Assembly: GCA_035527515.1 (NCBI GenBank)
Contig: DATLAJ010000108.1
Coordinates: 321 to 64,320, forward strand
Source: a bacterium
GTDB lineage: Bacteria > B130-G9
DNA: 64,000 bases
Direction: 5' to 3'
The notes beneath the pieces are model-generated. The model was not told the DNA's origin, did no database searches, and saw only the letters and a list, made by a program, of their open reading frames with translations. Shown here one piece after another: positions 17,034-26,363 of this stretch (the first letter of the stretch is position 1; each line of letters begins with the position of its first letter). Position numbers and translations under genes: made by a program.

Positions 17034-18491
17034 TCAAAACGCCGAGAAGTGAAATGGCGCAGAATCCAACGAGAGCTCCTCGCCCGTGATGGGATCGATG
17101 AGCCGCGCGAATATCTCGTATTCGCCAGGCCCCTCGGTCCCGGCGAACGTGTATTCATAGACAGAGACAACCGCGTCGGCTTCGGGCCCGATCGTGAAGA
17201 TTGAGCAGGGGTCCAGAACCGACAAATTCTCGCCGTTCGGGCACCTAACCCAGACCTTTGCCTCAACCGAGACTTCCTGCTCGCCAGTGATAACATGGGC
17301 GGAGACGACGATCGTCCCGTGCATTTTGAAAGAGTCGTCATTCAGCACAAGCTCTGCTGAGACGTCGGCCACTGACTTGCCCTGCTTGCCCCGGAGATAA
17401 AGCAGCGCGTTCGAGCCGTCATCCGTTGTGTCCTCGCCAGAATACACGATATACACATACTCAGAATCGGCGGCCATGGCCGTCATTCTTGAGGCAAGCG
17501 ACCACTGCCCATACCTTGCGATCGGGATGTTCTCCGAATGCCAGCCCAGACCGTCCCTGAAGGCATATCTGGTCTTGTCCTCCTGCGTATAGGACTGGAC
17601 ATGGGCTATCTGAGCCGTGTATGACCTGCCAGTGCCGATCTGTGCCCATATCCCGCCGTCCTCGACAGGCTCTATGTCCCAACTCTGCCCGCTCTTGGTC
17701 CCATAGAATAACTTTGAAGAGAGCGGCGGCGGCCCGTCCAAATAAGCGAGGCGCATGCTGTCCTGATCGTCTATGGTAAGGGAGTCCCAGAGCCCAATCA
17801 CGCCATAGGCGGGAGACGCAACCAGCTCCGAGTGCCACTCGTCATCGACAAACGAGGCGCACATCAGCTCTCCGTCCCGGTCGAGGTATGCAATGTGCGG
17901 CACATAGGAGGAATCGACTACGATTCCGGTGACCTCGTCAGCATCGGCCTGGAAAACGCTGCTTTGCCAATAGCTGCCTGTTCTCCAGAGATATTGGATC
18001 GACGCGTTGGCGTAGCTGAAAGCGACATGCACGTTGTCGTCCCCATCGATGAAGATCAGCGGAGCGCCGTGCTGCATTTCAAGAGCCGGGCAGTCAGAAA
18101 TATCCCAGAACCAGCCATTGAAGACTGCTAATTGGGGTGGCTCAACAGCATAAGTCGAATAGGCGATGACCGGCTCCCGGTCGCTGTTTACGGCGATGTC
18201 CGGACGCGTGCCGGAGAGCATCTGCAGCTCATCAACCGTCTCAGTCGTCCAGCTTCCCGAGACGTTTGACGCGTAGGCAATCACAGAAGACCCGAATTCC
18301 GGGGCATACAGGTAGGCGACATGTAGGCCGTTATCCCTGTCGATAAGGACAGATGCGTAATAGTCGCCATCTCGCTGGTCAATCACAAAGGGTGTGGACC
18401 ACTCGGCGCAGAAGCCGGCCGCAGCGGTGAGAACAAGGCCCAAGAAAACTAGACAGGTTGCCGCAAAATAGGGTGCTTTTCTGGCGTTCAT
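17034..18491 (-). CDS. Secreted repeat protein (beta-propeller-like repeats plus C-terminal Ig-like module)
   Basis: Signal peptide 'APYFAATCLVFLGLVLTAAAGFCA'. A recurring '..H(V/I)AY..' strand motif (HVAYLY, VIAYST, HVAFSY, HIAYLD, RLAYLD) suggests blades. Confidence 0.6.
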   Translation of the reverse strand: MNARKAPYFAATCLVFLGLVLTAAAGFCAEWSTPFVIDQRDGDYYASVLIDRDNGLHVAYLYAPEFGSSVIAYASNVSGSWTTETVDELQMLSGTRPDIAVNSDREPVIAYSTYAVEPPQLAVFNGWFWDISDCPALEMQHGAPLIFIDGDDNVHVAFSYANASIQYLWRTGSYWQSSVFQADADEVTGIVVDSSYVPHIAYLDRDGELMCASFVDDEWHSELVASPAYGVIGLWDSLTIDDQDSMRLAYLDGPPPLSSKLFYGTKSGQSWDIEPVEDGGIWAQIGTGRSYTAQIAHVQSYTQEDKTRYAFRDGLGWHSENIPIARYGQWSLASRMTAMAADSEYVYIVYSGEDTTDDGSNALLYLRGKQGKSVADVSAELVLNDDSFKMHGTIVVSAHVITGEQEVSVEAKVWVRCPNGENLSVLDPCSIFTIGPEADAVVSVYEYTFAGTEGPGEYEIFARLIDPITGEELSLDSAPFHFSAF

Positions 18492-18705
18492 TTAAGTTCC
18501 TCCACGGAATCTACGAAATAAGTATTGATGAATTACTGAGGGTACATCGGGTTTGGATGTTATGCGAAACCAGAGCTCATGACAAGAAGCCGTATGTGCA
18601 CCGGCGCCTCGGCGGCCAGGAGTTATTCAAACATTGCCGCGATGGACCGTCGTCGGCCCGGCTATATTGCGATCCTTGTCCTGACAGTGCAATGAGGAGA
18701 CAGAG

Positions 18706-20913
18706 ATGAGAAGGATTCTTGCGTTTTGTTGGGCAGTGGTCCTTGCGTTCGCAGTTCTCTCAACGGGACTGGCATCTGCCAGCACGACCTATTACGTCAA
18801 CAGCACGATCGGCGATGACACAAACGACGGCTCGCGCAGCGCTCCGTGGAAGACTATCTCCCACTCTCTCGCCAACATAGGTGGGGCGGACCCGAGCCGG
18901 CCTGCGAGGCTTTCGATAGCCTCCGGCAACTACTCATCGTCAGCGAACGGCGAGACGTTCCCGCTCGAGGTTAGGAGCTACGTTACGATGGTCGGGATGG
19001 GCCCCGAGTCAACGGTGCTCGACGCTGGACTGAGCGCTCCGCACGTCATCTTTGTGCAGAATGCCCAGTCAGTTACGATCGAGCGGATAGCACTGACGCA
19101 GGGCGCAGCGACCGGTGATTGGCCGGACGCGTGCGGAGGCGGCATCTGCGCCATCAATTCGGATATTACGGTCCGAAGCTGCAAGATATACAGCAACAGC
19201 GCCACCGTGGTCGATAAGCACGGCGCAGGAGCAGGTGTTTACCTCTACGGCGATTGCTCTCCGCTGATCGAGGACTGCCAGTTCGTGCTCAACACAGCGA
19301 CCGCCGGCGGTGCGGGCATCTGCTGCGAATACTACTGCTCGCCTACGGTCATAAACACCACGTTCGACCGAAACACCGGCGCCGCTATCTACGCCTTTAG
19401 GTGGTCTGATGTTAAGGTCAATAACTGCTCGTTCACCGAGAATACTGGCGGGATGATACTGGAGGACTTCTCCACCGCCCACGTTGAGGCGTCGAGCATC
19501 TCCAGAAACAGCGCCGACAGCGGAGCCGCCATCAATTGCCTCCACCATTGCCAGATAACGCTTGAGTCTTGCACGCTTTGGTCAAATGTGGCGACCGGAA
19601 GCGGCGGGGCTATCTTGTGTGAGCGGGACGGTAGGTGCAACATTACCGACTGCGAGCTCTCTCTGAACACCTCGGGCCAGGACGGCGGTGCGATATGCTG
19701 CGTTGGCTCTACCCTTCAACTTCTGGACTCGGACGTAACGGCCAACTCGGCAAGAGGCCAGGGCGGTGGCGTTTTCTGCGGTCAAGATTCCGAGGCGACA
19801 ATTGACGAGACCAACATAGCTGGAAACGATGCCGCATGGGGCGCCGGGGTGGCGTTCAGCGATAACACCGGCGGCAACATAACATCCTGCAATTTCACCA
19901 AGAACAGCGCCTCGTCCGGTGGCGCTGCAGTATTCTGCCAGAACTACTCTTCCCCGAATTTGCTCCATTGCAGAATAATGGATAACGTGGTGGCCGGAGA
20001 TGCACCGCTTGGCGGAGCGGGTCTCTATTGCGAGTATTGCTGCGACCCTAACCTCAACAACTGCTTGGTCGCGAGAAACGACTCCCAAGTCCCCGGCGCC
20101 GGTATCTATTCCAACGAGTATTGCAGCCCCACGTTGACCAACGTTACCGTCTGGGACAACACGGCCGCCTCAAGCGCAACAAGCATCTTTTGCGATAGCT
20201 ACTCAGAACTCTCACTTCTAAGCTGCATTGTGTGGGGCGGGGAGGACGGGATCGCAACGCTCGGTGAGAGCGAGGTCCAGGCCTCATACTCCTGCGTATT
20301 CGGCGGATACTCCGGGCCAGGAACCAACAACATCGATCAGAACCCACGCTTCGCCAGCGCCTCGGATGCACGAGGCGACTACTACCTAAGCGCTGAGGCC
20401 GCAAAACAGAAGGAGGATAGCCCCTGTATTAACGCAGGATTCGGCTTCATCGAGAACGCCTCTGGCGGGCTTTCGTTCCGCACCACCCGAACGGACGACG
20501 GGTTTGACGCGGACGAAGTTGACATGGGCTATCACTATCTTACGAGCATCGCGGACATCAAATGCTACCTCAACGCCTCGCAATACCGCGTTGGGGACAC
20601 GTTTGACCTTTCCATTCGTATCGCCAATCCGTCGGATGAGAGCACCACCGCCGACGCTTACATCGCTATCGTAAGCCCGACAGGGCAGATATTCTGCGTC
20701 GGTGATACGGCTTTTGGTCCCGGCCTGTTCCCATGGGTCGCGGGCTTTGAGATGCCGGGCGATTATCTCTTCGGGCCGGCGAGCGTTCTTGCGTTTCAGG
20801 TTCCGCAAGGATGTCCGGTGGGAACGTATCTGGCCGCGGCCGCGCTTTTCATCCCAGGTAGCATGACACAGATGAGCGAGATGAGCCTGGTTGGCTTTGA
20901 GATGCTCGACTGA
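18706..20913 (+). CDS. Secreted right-handed parallel beta-helix protein with Pmp-like GGA(I/L/V)/FxxN repeats
   Basis: Signal peptide, then 'YYVNSTIGDDTNDGSRSAPWKTI' (a DUF1565-like cap). About 14 tandem 22-25-aa turns follow (e.g. 'GGAILCERDGRCNITDCELSLNTS', 'GGAICCVGSTLQLLDSDVTANSA'). The tail 'NIDQNPRFAS...GDYYLS...SPCINAG' is typical of the class. Confidence 0.8.
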   Translation: MRRILAFCWAVVLAFAVLSTGLASASTTYYVNSTIGDDTNDGSRSAPWKTISHSLANIGGADPSRPARLSIASGNYSSSANGETFPLEVRSYVTMVGMGPESTVLDAGLSAPHVIFVQNAQSVTIERIALTQGAATGDWPDACGGGICAINSDITVRSCKIYSNSATVVDKHGAGAGVYLYGDCSPLIEDCQFVLNTATAGGAGICCEYYCSPTVINTTFDRNTGAAIYAFRWSDVKVNNCSFTENTGGMILEDFSTAHVEASSISRNSADSGAAINCLHHCQITLESCTLWSNVATGSGGAILCERDGRCNITDCELSLNTSGQDGGAICCVGSTLQLLDSDVTANSARGQGGGVFCGQDSEATIDETNIAGNDAAWGAGVAFSDNTGGNITSCNFTKNSASSGGAAVFCQNYSSPNLLHCRIMDNVVAGDAPLGGAGLYCEYCCDPNLNNCLVARNDSQVPGAGIYSNEYCSPTLTNVTVWDNTAASSATSIFCDSYSELSLLSCIVWGGEDGIATLGESEVQASYSCVFGGYSGPGTNNIDQNPRFASASDARGDYYLSAEAAKQKEDSPCINAGFGFIENASGGLSFRTTRTDDGFDADEVDMGYHYLTSIADIKCYLNASQYRVGDTFDLSIRIANPSDESTTADAYIAIVSPTGQIFCVGDTAFGPGLFPWVAGFEMPGDYLFGPASVLAFQVPQGCPVGTYLAAAALFIPGSMTQMSEMSLVGFEMLD

Positions 20914-20952
20914 GGAACGCGGGATTGGTGTTTCAGACCTGGACTATCACTT

Positions 20953-21194
20953 TGTAGGGGCAGGCCTTGTGTCTGCCCGAATAGATAGATGGGTGGAGAC
21001 AAGCCCCGCCCCTACACAACCTCAGACCCGACTTATTGGACAGCCTCCACGAACCGCCCTTAAGGTGCCCGATCGGATTAGACCAGAGCGATTCACAAAA
21101 TCGCCCGATCCTATTGACGCAACCGGATTTACCCAAAGCTGTTTGGCAGGCATCATAAGAAGGGCTGGGCAAGCACCGGGCCCCTACACGACCT
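20953..21194. repeat. Intergenic GC-rich repeat/hairpin cluster
   Basis: Hairpin GGGCAG-N9-CTGCCC (20958-20978). Inverted pair TGTAGGGG (20953-20960) / CCCCTACA (21010-21017). A 15-nt direct repeat GCCCCTACAC(A/G)ACCT at 21008-21022 and 21180-21194. Hairpin GCGAT-N7-ATCGC (21088-21104). Confidence 0.55.
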
Positions 21195-21214
21195 GCTGCG
21201 CTTGAAGCCCCCGG

Positions 21215-22738
21215 TTACTTCGGAACCATCGGATAGTGGATGGGCCTGCCCGCTGTGCTGTTGCAGGTTGCTCTTTCCGCCTCGGCGAAATCTGCGATGT
21301 TTGTGTCGTTCAGGATATGAGGCGTCAAGAAAATGACCATCTCGGTCTTTCTAGTAGAGCGCTTGGTCATTCTGAACAGCCGACCTATGTATGGTATGTC
21401 CCCGATCACTGGGATCTTGTAGGTTAGCTCCTGAGTGTTGTTGAACATCAGCCCGCCGATCACGATCGTCCGGCCATCCCTAGCCCTCGCGTAAAGATCG
21501 CCCTCTCTTCGGTTGGTCTGCGGTTGCCCTCCAACAGTCCCAATCACAGTCTCGATGCGAGGCTTAACCGACATGGCCACGTAGCCATCGGAGGATATCT
21601 GCGGCGTGATCTCCAGTCGTGTTCCGACCTCGCGCCACGCCACTGTTGGCCTATACTCTGTGTAGGCGATGCCGAGCGGGTTCACGTCCGTAACCTTCAC
21701 GTATTCTGTGTATGGTATGTTGGTGTATATGTCGAACTTAGACGTCCTCCGGTCCATCGCGACAAGCTTTGGTGAGGATATCATCTCGACATCGCCCTGC
21801 TGAGACAAGGCCATCAAAAGCATCTCCACATGATCGTTGCTGAGGCCAGCGGCGATGACCTGCCCCCCTAGATAGCCTGTGAGAAACGTCATCGCTGTGC
21901 CACGCAGGTTGGACCAGCCAGATAAATCAACATCTTTGAAGGTCCAGTCGATCCCCATCTCGTGGTCGCTGTCCAGCTGCACCTCAAACAGCTCGACCTC
22001 TATCTCAACTTGCGGAGGCTTCACATCGACAGCCCGTATATACTCCTCAACATAGTTCGCTACCGTTGGATCACAGTTTATGAGCGTCAGCGTCCGTGAA
22101 GGCATGTCAGTAAGAACCAGGCCACGTCCAGCCAATATATCCTCGACCTGGGACTTGATGTCCAGAATGGGTGCCTGCTTGATCCTGAAAACCTTGATCG
22201 GCTCGCCAGGTGTGATGATAAGGAACTTGTTGTCTATGCGCCACGAATAGCCAAAAGACCTAAGAACAATGTCAAATATCTCCTCGAGCGTAACGCTTGA
22301 GACGTCCAATGTAATCGTGCCCTGGAGCCGCTGTGGGATGATAACGTTCAGGCCCTTGCCCTTGACCAAAGTCTGGACAACATCCTGCAGCTGTGCGTCC
22401 TGAACCTTTATGTCGAACCGCTGCTGAAGCACAGACGGAACCGGCGACTCGGGAGCCTCCGCCAGCGAGAGCGCCTCGGAGACGTCCGCTAGATTAAGGG
22501 TCTCCAAGACGGTCATATCCTCAAGCTCTGGTTCATCTGACTCGGTGCTCTCAGTAGCAACCGTTGGCTCCTCAACTACAGCCTCTGCCTCGCTCGTGGC
22601 AGGTCCCACCGCAGGGGCACGCATCATCGCACACCCCGAAAGCGACACAAGCATCAAAACAAGAGAAAGAATAGCGATTGAGGTCGCCCCCATTACCCAT
22701 CCGTTCTTCACATCAGCCTCCCGTATGACAAACATCAT
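21215..22738 (-). CDS. pilQ: Secretin (PilQ/GspD family), probable lipoprotein
   Basis: C-terminal secretin core 'VIGGLMFNNTQELTYKIPVIGDIPYIGRLFRMTKRSTRKTEMVIFLTPHIL'. The N-terminus has the lipobox 'LSGC'. Confidence 0.9.
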   Translation of the reverse strand: MMFVIREADVKNGWVMGATSIAILSLVLMLVSLSGCAMMRAPAVGPATSEAEAVVEEPTVATESTESDEPELEDMTVLETLNLADVSEALSLAEAPESPVPSVLQQRFDIKVQDAQLQDVVQTLVKGKGLNVIIPQRLQGTITLDVSSVTLEEIFDIVLRSFGYSWRIDNKFLIITPGEPIKVFRIKQAPILDIKSQVEDILAGRGLVLTDMPSRTLTLINCDPTVANYVEEYIRAVDVKPPQVEIEVELFEVQLDSDHEMGIDWTFKDVDLSGWSNLRGTAMTFLTGYLGGQVIAAGLSNDHVEMLLMALSQQGDVEMISSPKLVAMDRRTSKFDIYTNIPYTEYVKVTDVNPLGIAYTEYRPTVAWREVGTRLEITPQISSDGYVAMSVKPRIETVIGTVGGQPQTNRREGDLYARARDGRTIVIGGLMFNNTQELTYKIPVIGDIPYIGRLFRMTKRSTRKTEMVIFLTPHILNDTNIADFAEAERATCNSTAGRPIHYPMVPK

Positions 22739-22860
22739 CTTCTATTCCGCCCTAAACGAATTCCTCATTCCCGTTACCCATATACTACCCAAAATGCGAC
22801 GCCCGTCAAAACATTCCCGACCAAGCACTCCCATCTTGAACGCATATCCCACAACCACGT

Positions 22861-23772
22861 TTACGACTTCGCCGCGGCCTCCTGCTTGGTTTCCGAACCC
22901 CATGTGCCTCCGATCGGGAAGTCGTAATCAAGGTTGATCAACAGATTGCGGATGGTTACGACCTCAGGAAGTATCCTGATGATCCTGATCCTCTGAGACA
23001 CTTCTTCTGCGCCTCTTGGGCCGCCAGTCGGTGTTGAGAACTGGATGTCCTCCCCCTCTGTGACTACCCATTTGATGCCCTCAGATAGCGGCAATCGTTG
23101 GATTACTGCCCACGACTGCTTGCCGCTATGCATTATCATAGCCACTCGAACCGGCGGCTCGCCGCGAACATATAAGAGGTTTCTCTGGACTTGCTGCGCG
23201 CTCGCCTCAGGCTTCTTGCGCAGAGCGGCATTTATGGTTGTGATCTCTTCAAAATCGCTGAACCCTTCCGGGACCACAAGGTCCGTAACGTAAGGGTTAT
23301 AGCCCTCCTTCCTCAGCTCCACCAGATACTTGCCAGCCGGAAAACTCACGGGAACCAGCCAGTCGGTCTGCTTTGGCATCAATGTATTATTGATATAAAT
23401 CTCTGCACCGCCGGGGCGTGACCTTATGAATATCTTGCCCAGTCCCTCATATTTACGCTGAAATGGCGACCTGGAAGTATCCCTGCTCGCGGCCGCAAAC
23501 TCCCCCATCCATTTGGCCTCAGCCTCGCCTGGTCGAGCTACTGCCGATACCGCCGAGGCGGCCGCCTGGCCAGACACTTCAAGCCCAACGTCCCGCGTGG
23601 GCACCTCAACATCCAACTCAGGAGCCGTTTGGACAGCGGTCTTAGCTATATTGGTCTCACTGGGGCCCTTGTGCCGCGATACCCTCTCCACGATAAACGG
23701 AATCAACTGCCATGCGAGAACAAGAACGGCCAAAGCGATGACCACACCCATAAACCACTTATTCCTGAGCAA
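22861..23772 (-). CDS. TM-anchored PEGA-domain protein, in the position usually held by PilP
   Basis: N-terminal TM helix. 'SRPGGAEIYINNTLMPKQTDWLVPVSFPAGKYLVELRKEGYNPYVTDLVV' is a PEGA domain. Confidence 0.6.
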   Translation of the reverse strand: MLRNKWFMGVVIALAVLVLAWQLIPFIVERVSRHKGPSETNIAKTAVQTAPELDVEVPTRDVGLEVSGQAAASAVSAVARPGEAEAKWMGEFAAASRDTSRSPFQRKYEGLGKIFIRSRPGGAEIYINNTLMPKQTDWLVPVSFPAGKYLVELRKEGYNPYVTDLVVPEGFSDFEEITTINAALRKKPEASAQQVQRNLLYVRGEPPVRVAMIMHSGKQSWAVIQRLPLSEGIKWVVTEGEDIQFSTPTGGPRGAEEVSQRIRIIRILPEVVTIRNLLINLDYDFPIGGTWGSETKQEAAAKS

Positions 23773-23843
23773 ACCCTATTCCTCCCAGATTAAAGGGCGC
23801 CATATTTAAGGACCTCAAATAGTTGCCCTCACGAGCCCCGATA

Positions 23844-24488
23844 TTAGAACCCAGCATTCCCTACGCCCCCTGACGAAGCCGACTCAGCCGCTGCGCCCTT
23901 GAGCTGATACGTCTCCATCTGCATGTCCACGCGCAGCCCAGGAATCTCATACTCCCCGCCTTTCTCCTCCGCAGTCAGCCGGCGAGCGTCAATCCACTTG
24001 ATATTCACGAGCCTGTCCAGATAGCCTAAGCCCTCGAGAAACTTCACCAAGTCCTTGAACCTACAGTCAACGTTGTTCATCCTGATAGGAATGACATAGA
24101 ACGGGAGATCGCTCCCCGGCAAAGTGTGCTGGTAACTGTCCATCTGCTCGATCGGAAGCTGATTGATACTAGCTCGCTGGGCGGTTGAGGCAAACTGCTC
24201 CAGAAGTGCCGGAAGGTTGTAATCAACGGGTACCTTGAGCATCAAGACTTTTGCCTCTTCCTTCATCCTTGCCAGGAGCAGTTTCTTTTCCGTCAGGTGC
24301 GAGATGAGTTCCTTTGCCTTTTCGATCCTCACCTGCTCTCGCCCCGTCTTGACGCGGAGCTCCTTCGTTTCCTGAATGATGGGATTGAATAAACCAAAGT
24401 AAACTATCACAAGAAAAACAACCGCCACGCCGGCAACGATACCGATCCTCGCGCCCGCTGGAAGCTCGCCGAACCGCCCTAGTACCAT
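23844..24488 (-). CDS. pilO: PilO-like pilus assembly protein
   Basis: N-terminal TM helix, a coiled coil, then 'VPVDYNLPALLEQFASTAQRASINQL', which is the PilO architecture. It lies between the pilM/N fusion and the secretin. Confidence 0.6.
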   Translation of the reverse strand: MVLGRFGELPAGARIGIVAGVAVVFLVIVYFGLFNPIIQETKELRVKTGREQVRIEKAKELISHLTEKKLLLARMKEEAKVLMLKVPVDYNLPALLEQFASTAQRASINQLPIEQMDSYQHTLPGSDLPFYVIPIRMNNVDCRFKDLVKFLEGLGYLDRLVNIKWIDARRLTAEEKGGEYEIPGLRVDMQMETYQLKGAAAESASSGGVGNAGF

Positions 24489-24520
24489 ATCATACTACCC
24501 CACTATGACTAAAGTAAATC

Positions 24521-26302
24521 CTATCCCTTCGTTCTGACCTTGTCCCAGAACTGCTGCCCCTCAAGCTCGCAGCGTATCTCGAATTTCTGCTTATACGTGC
24601 CAGGCACAACATCAGAGTAAATGGTCGTAAGCGCTTCGGTAAAGAGCTTCTCGCCCTTTGCCGCCCCCTTGGTGGATGCTAAGAGCGGCTCGGCCTTGAC
24701 CCGCTCCACGGTCTCCCTGCTTGGCTGCAAATACGCCTCCTCGAAAAACGGAGACTCCGTAAGCCTATCAACGAATCTCGCGATCCTCTCCTGAAGCGCT
24801 ACCTGTGAATCGTCGTAGGCATAGCCAATAATCAGAGCTTCCCATTTGGCGCTGCTCTCGACGCCCGGCCCCGCACCCCGGCCCCGACGACCTCGGCGCC
24901 CCGTGCCTCTCTCTCCAACGCGGTTGATCTTCACGGTCTCCACATACATGTTGGCCGAGACAAGCGTCGCCAAGTTCTCATATATGTCAGGCCAAAGCGG
25001 CTCGTTCTCGGTGAGCTTGGCCAGAAGGCCAGAGTAACTCTGGAACCGCGCAATCTGCCCGTTGACGCCTTGGAGCTCATCCAAGGCAGGTTTGAGCTCC
25101 TCGTAGTTCCCCTTCTCTACCTCGTAATTCTTCCTCGCTTTCCCCAGATCGTCACGGAGAAACAGGTAAAACAGGCCAATTATGGCAAGCACAACAACAA
25201 CCAAACCCGTATAGACGAACCGCTTGACCGCCACAAAGGCCTGGGCCTTTATCTCGGACGGGAGCAGGTTGATCCTGACCAGCTTGGGCGGCTCCAGCGC
25301 AAGACCTAAACAACTTGCAAACCGAGGCGCAAGAGTCTCTAGCTCCGTGGACTGAGAACCCAAGCCCTCCAGATTGAGACCCTCCAACGGGTTGAAGAAC
25401 TTGATCTCGACGTCCTCGAGCCCCTCCGCCAAGAACTCGTCAATTCGCGGAAGCCGAACCCCCTCGCCCGAAACGTAGAGCTTCTTTACGATATTGCCCC
25501 TGAACTGCTGCTTGTAATACAAGAAAGAACGCTTCAACTCCGTCGCAACTCGCTGCAAGGCAGGAATCTCTTCGATTGAGCTCGGCCCACCGGCAACACC
25601 GGGCCCGAAATCCATTTCCGCTTCGTCCTCGCCCTCCTCGAAGGCGGTCTTCATGTCATCGTAACCGGTGAAAATCTCCCTTTGGAAGTAGAGCGTCTCA
25701 TTCCCAAAGATGAACATTGTGCTTATGTCTCCACCGATGTCGATCAGCGCGACCGCCTCGCCACTCGACCAGACCCCCGAGCGAGACAAAGATGCGTATA
25801 GACCGCACGAAGGCGCTGCGATAGCCGCTGGGAGTATCCCAAAAGTGCGCAGGACGTTGATGTTCTCATACACCAAGTCCCGGTTGGCGGAGACGATCAT
25901 CACCTGCTGCTTGTCCTGACCCCGCTCACGAACCATCCGCAACAGCGAATAGTCAAAGATGAGGTCCTCTATCGGAACCGCCGCATCCTTCCGAACCTCG
26001 CGCTCAACTACACCCGCTACCTCTTTCCGAGGCATCGGTGGAAACGACAGGATCCGAGTCCGGACGTCCCGACCCCTGACAAGGCTCACAACGCTCTCGA
26101 ACTTCTTTCTCGGTGGCAGGCTAGCAATCGCCTCCGAAAGCGCCTCGGTCTGAGCTCTCACAACCTCGTCCGGAGACGGCTTCTCCTTGAACTCCAAGTT
26201 CGAGACACCAAAGGCCCTGACCAAGGGCTCCTTCCCTGGCTCGATCTCTACTACCTTGACCGAGCTGGAATCAATATCGATGCCGATAACAGTCTTTGCC
26301 AT
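24521..26302 (-). CDS. pilM: PilM-PilN fusion protein (actin-like ATPase fold plus PilN TM/periplasmic part)
   Basis: 'KTVIGIDIDSSSVKVVEIE' is the PilM N-terminus. Around aa 345, 'VRINLLPSEIKAQ' followed by the TM helix 'YTGLVVVVLAIIGLFYLFL' is the PilN signature. Confidence 0.8.
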   Translation of the reverse strand: MAKTVIGIDIDSSSVKVVEIEPGKEPLVRAFGVSNLEFKEKPSPDEVVRAQTEALSEAIASLPPRKKFESVVSLVRGRDVRTRILSFPPMPRKEVAGVVEREVRKDAAVPIEDLIFDYSLLRMVRERGQDKQQVMIVSANRDLVYENINVLRTFGILPAAIAAPSCGLYASLSRSGVWSSGEAVALIDIGGDISTMFIFGNETLYFQREIFTGYDDMKTAFEEGEDEAEMDFGPGVAGGPSSIEEIPALQRVATELKRSFLYYKQQFRGNIVKKLYVSGEGVRLPRIDEFLAEGLEDVEIKFFNPLEGLNLEGLGSQSTELETLAPRFASCLGLALEPPKLVRINLLPSEIKAQAFVAVKRFVYTGLVVVVLAIIGLFYLFLRDDLGKARKNYEVEKGNYEELKPALDELQGVNGQIARFQSYSGLLAKLTENEPLWPDIYENLATLVSANMYVETVKINRVGERGTGRRGRRGRGAGPGVESSAKWEALIIGYAYDDSQVALQERIARFVDRLTESPFFEEAYLQPSRETVERVKAEPLLASTKGAAKGEKLFTEALTTIYSDVVPGTYKQKFEIRCELEGQQFWDKVRTKG

Positions 26303-26363
26303 ATCCTATGACCTCGGTTATTGCCCTAAATCACGGGCATCAATCAATCAAAGCCAGTCTATA

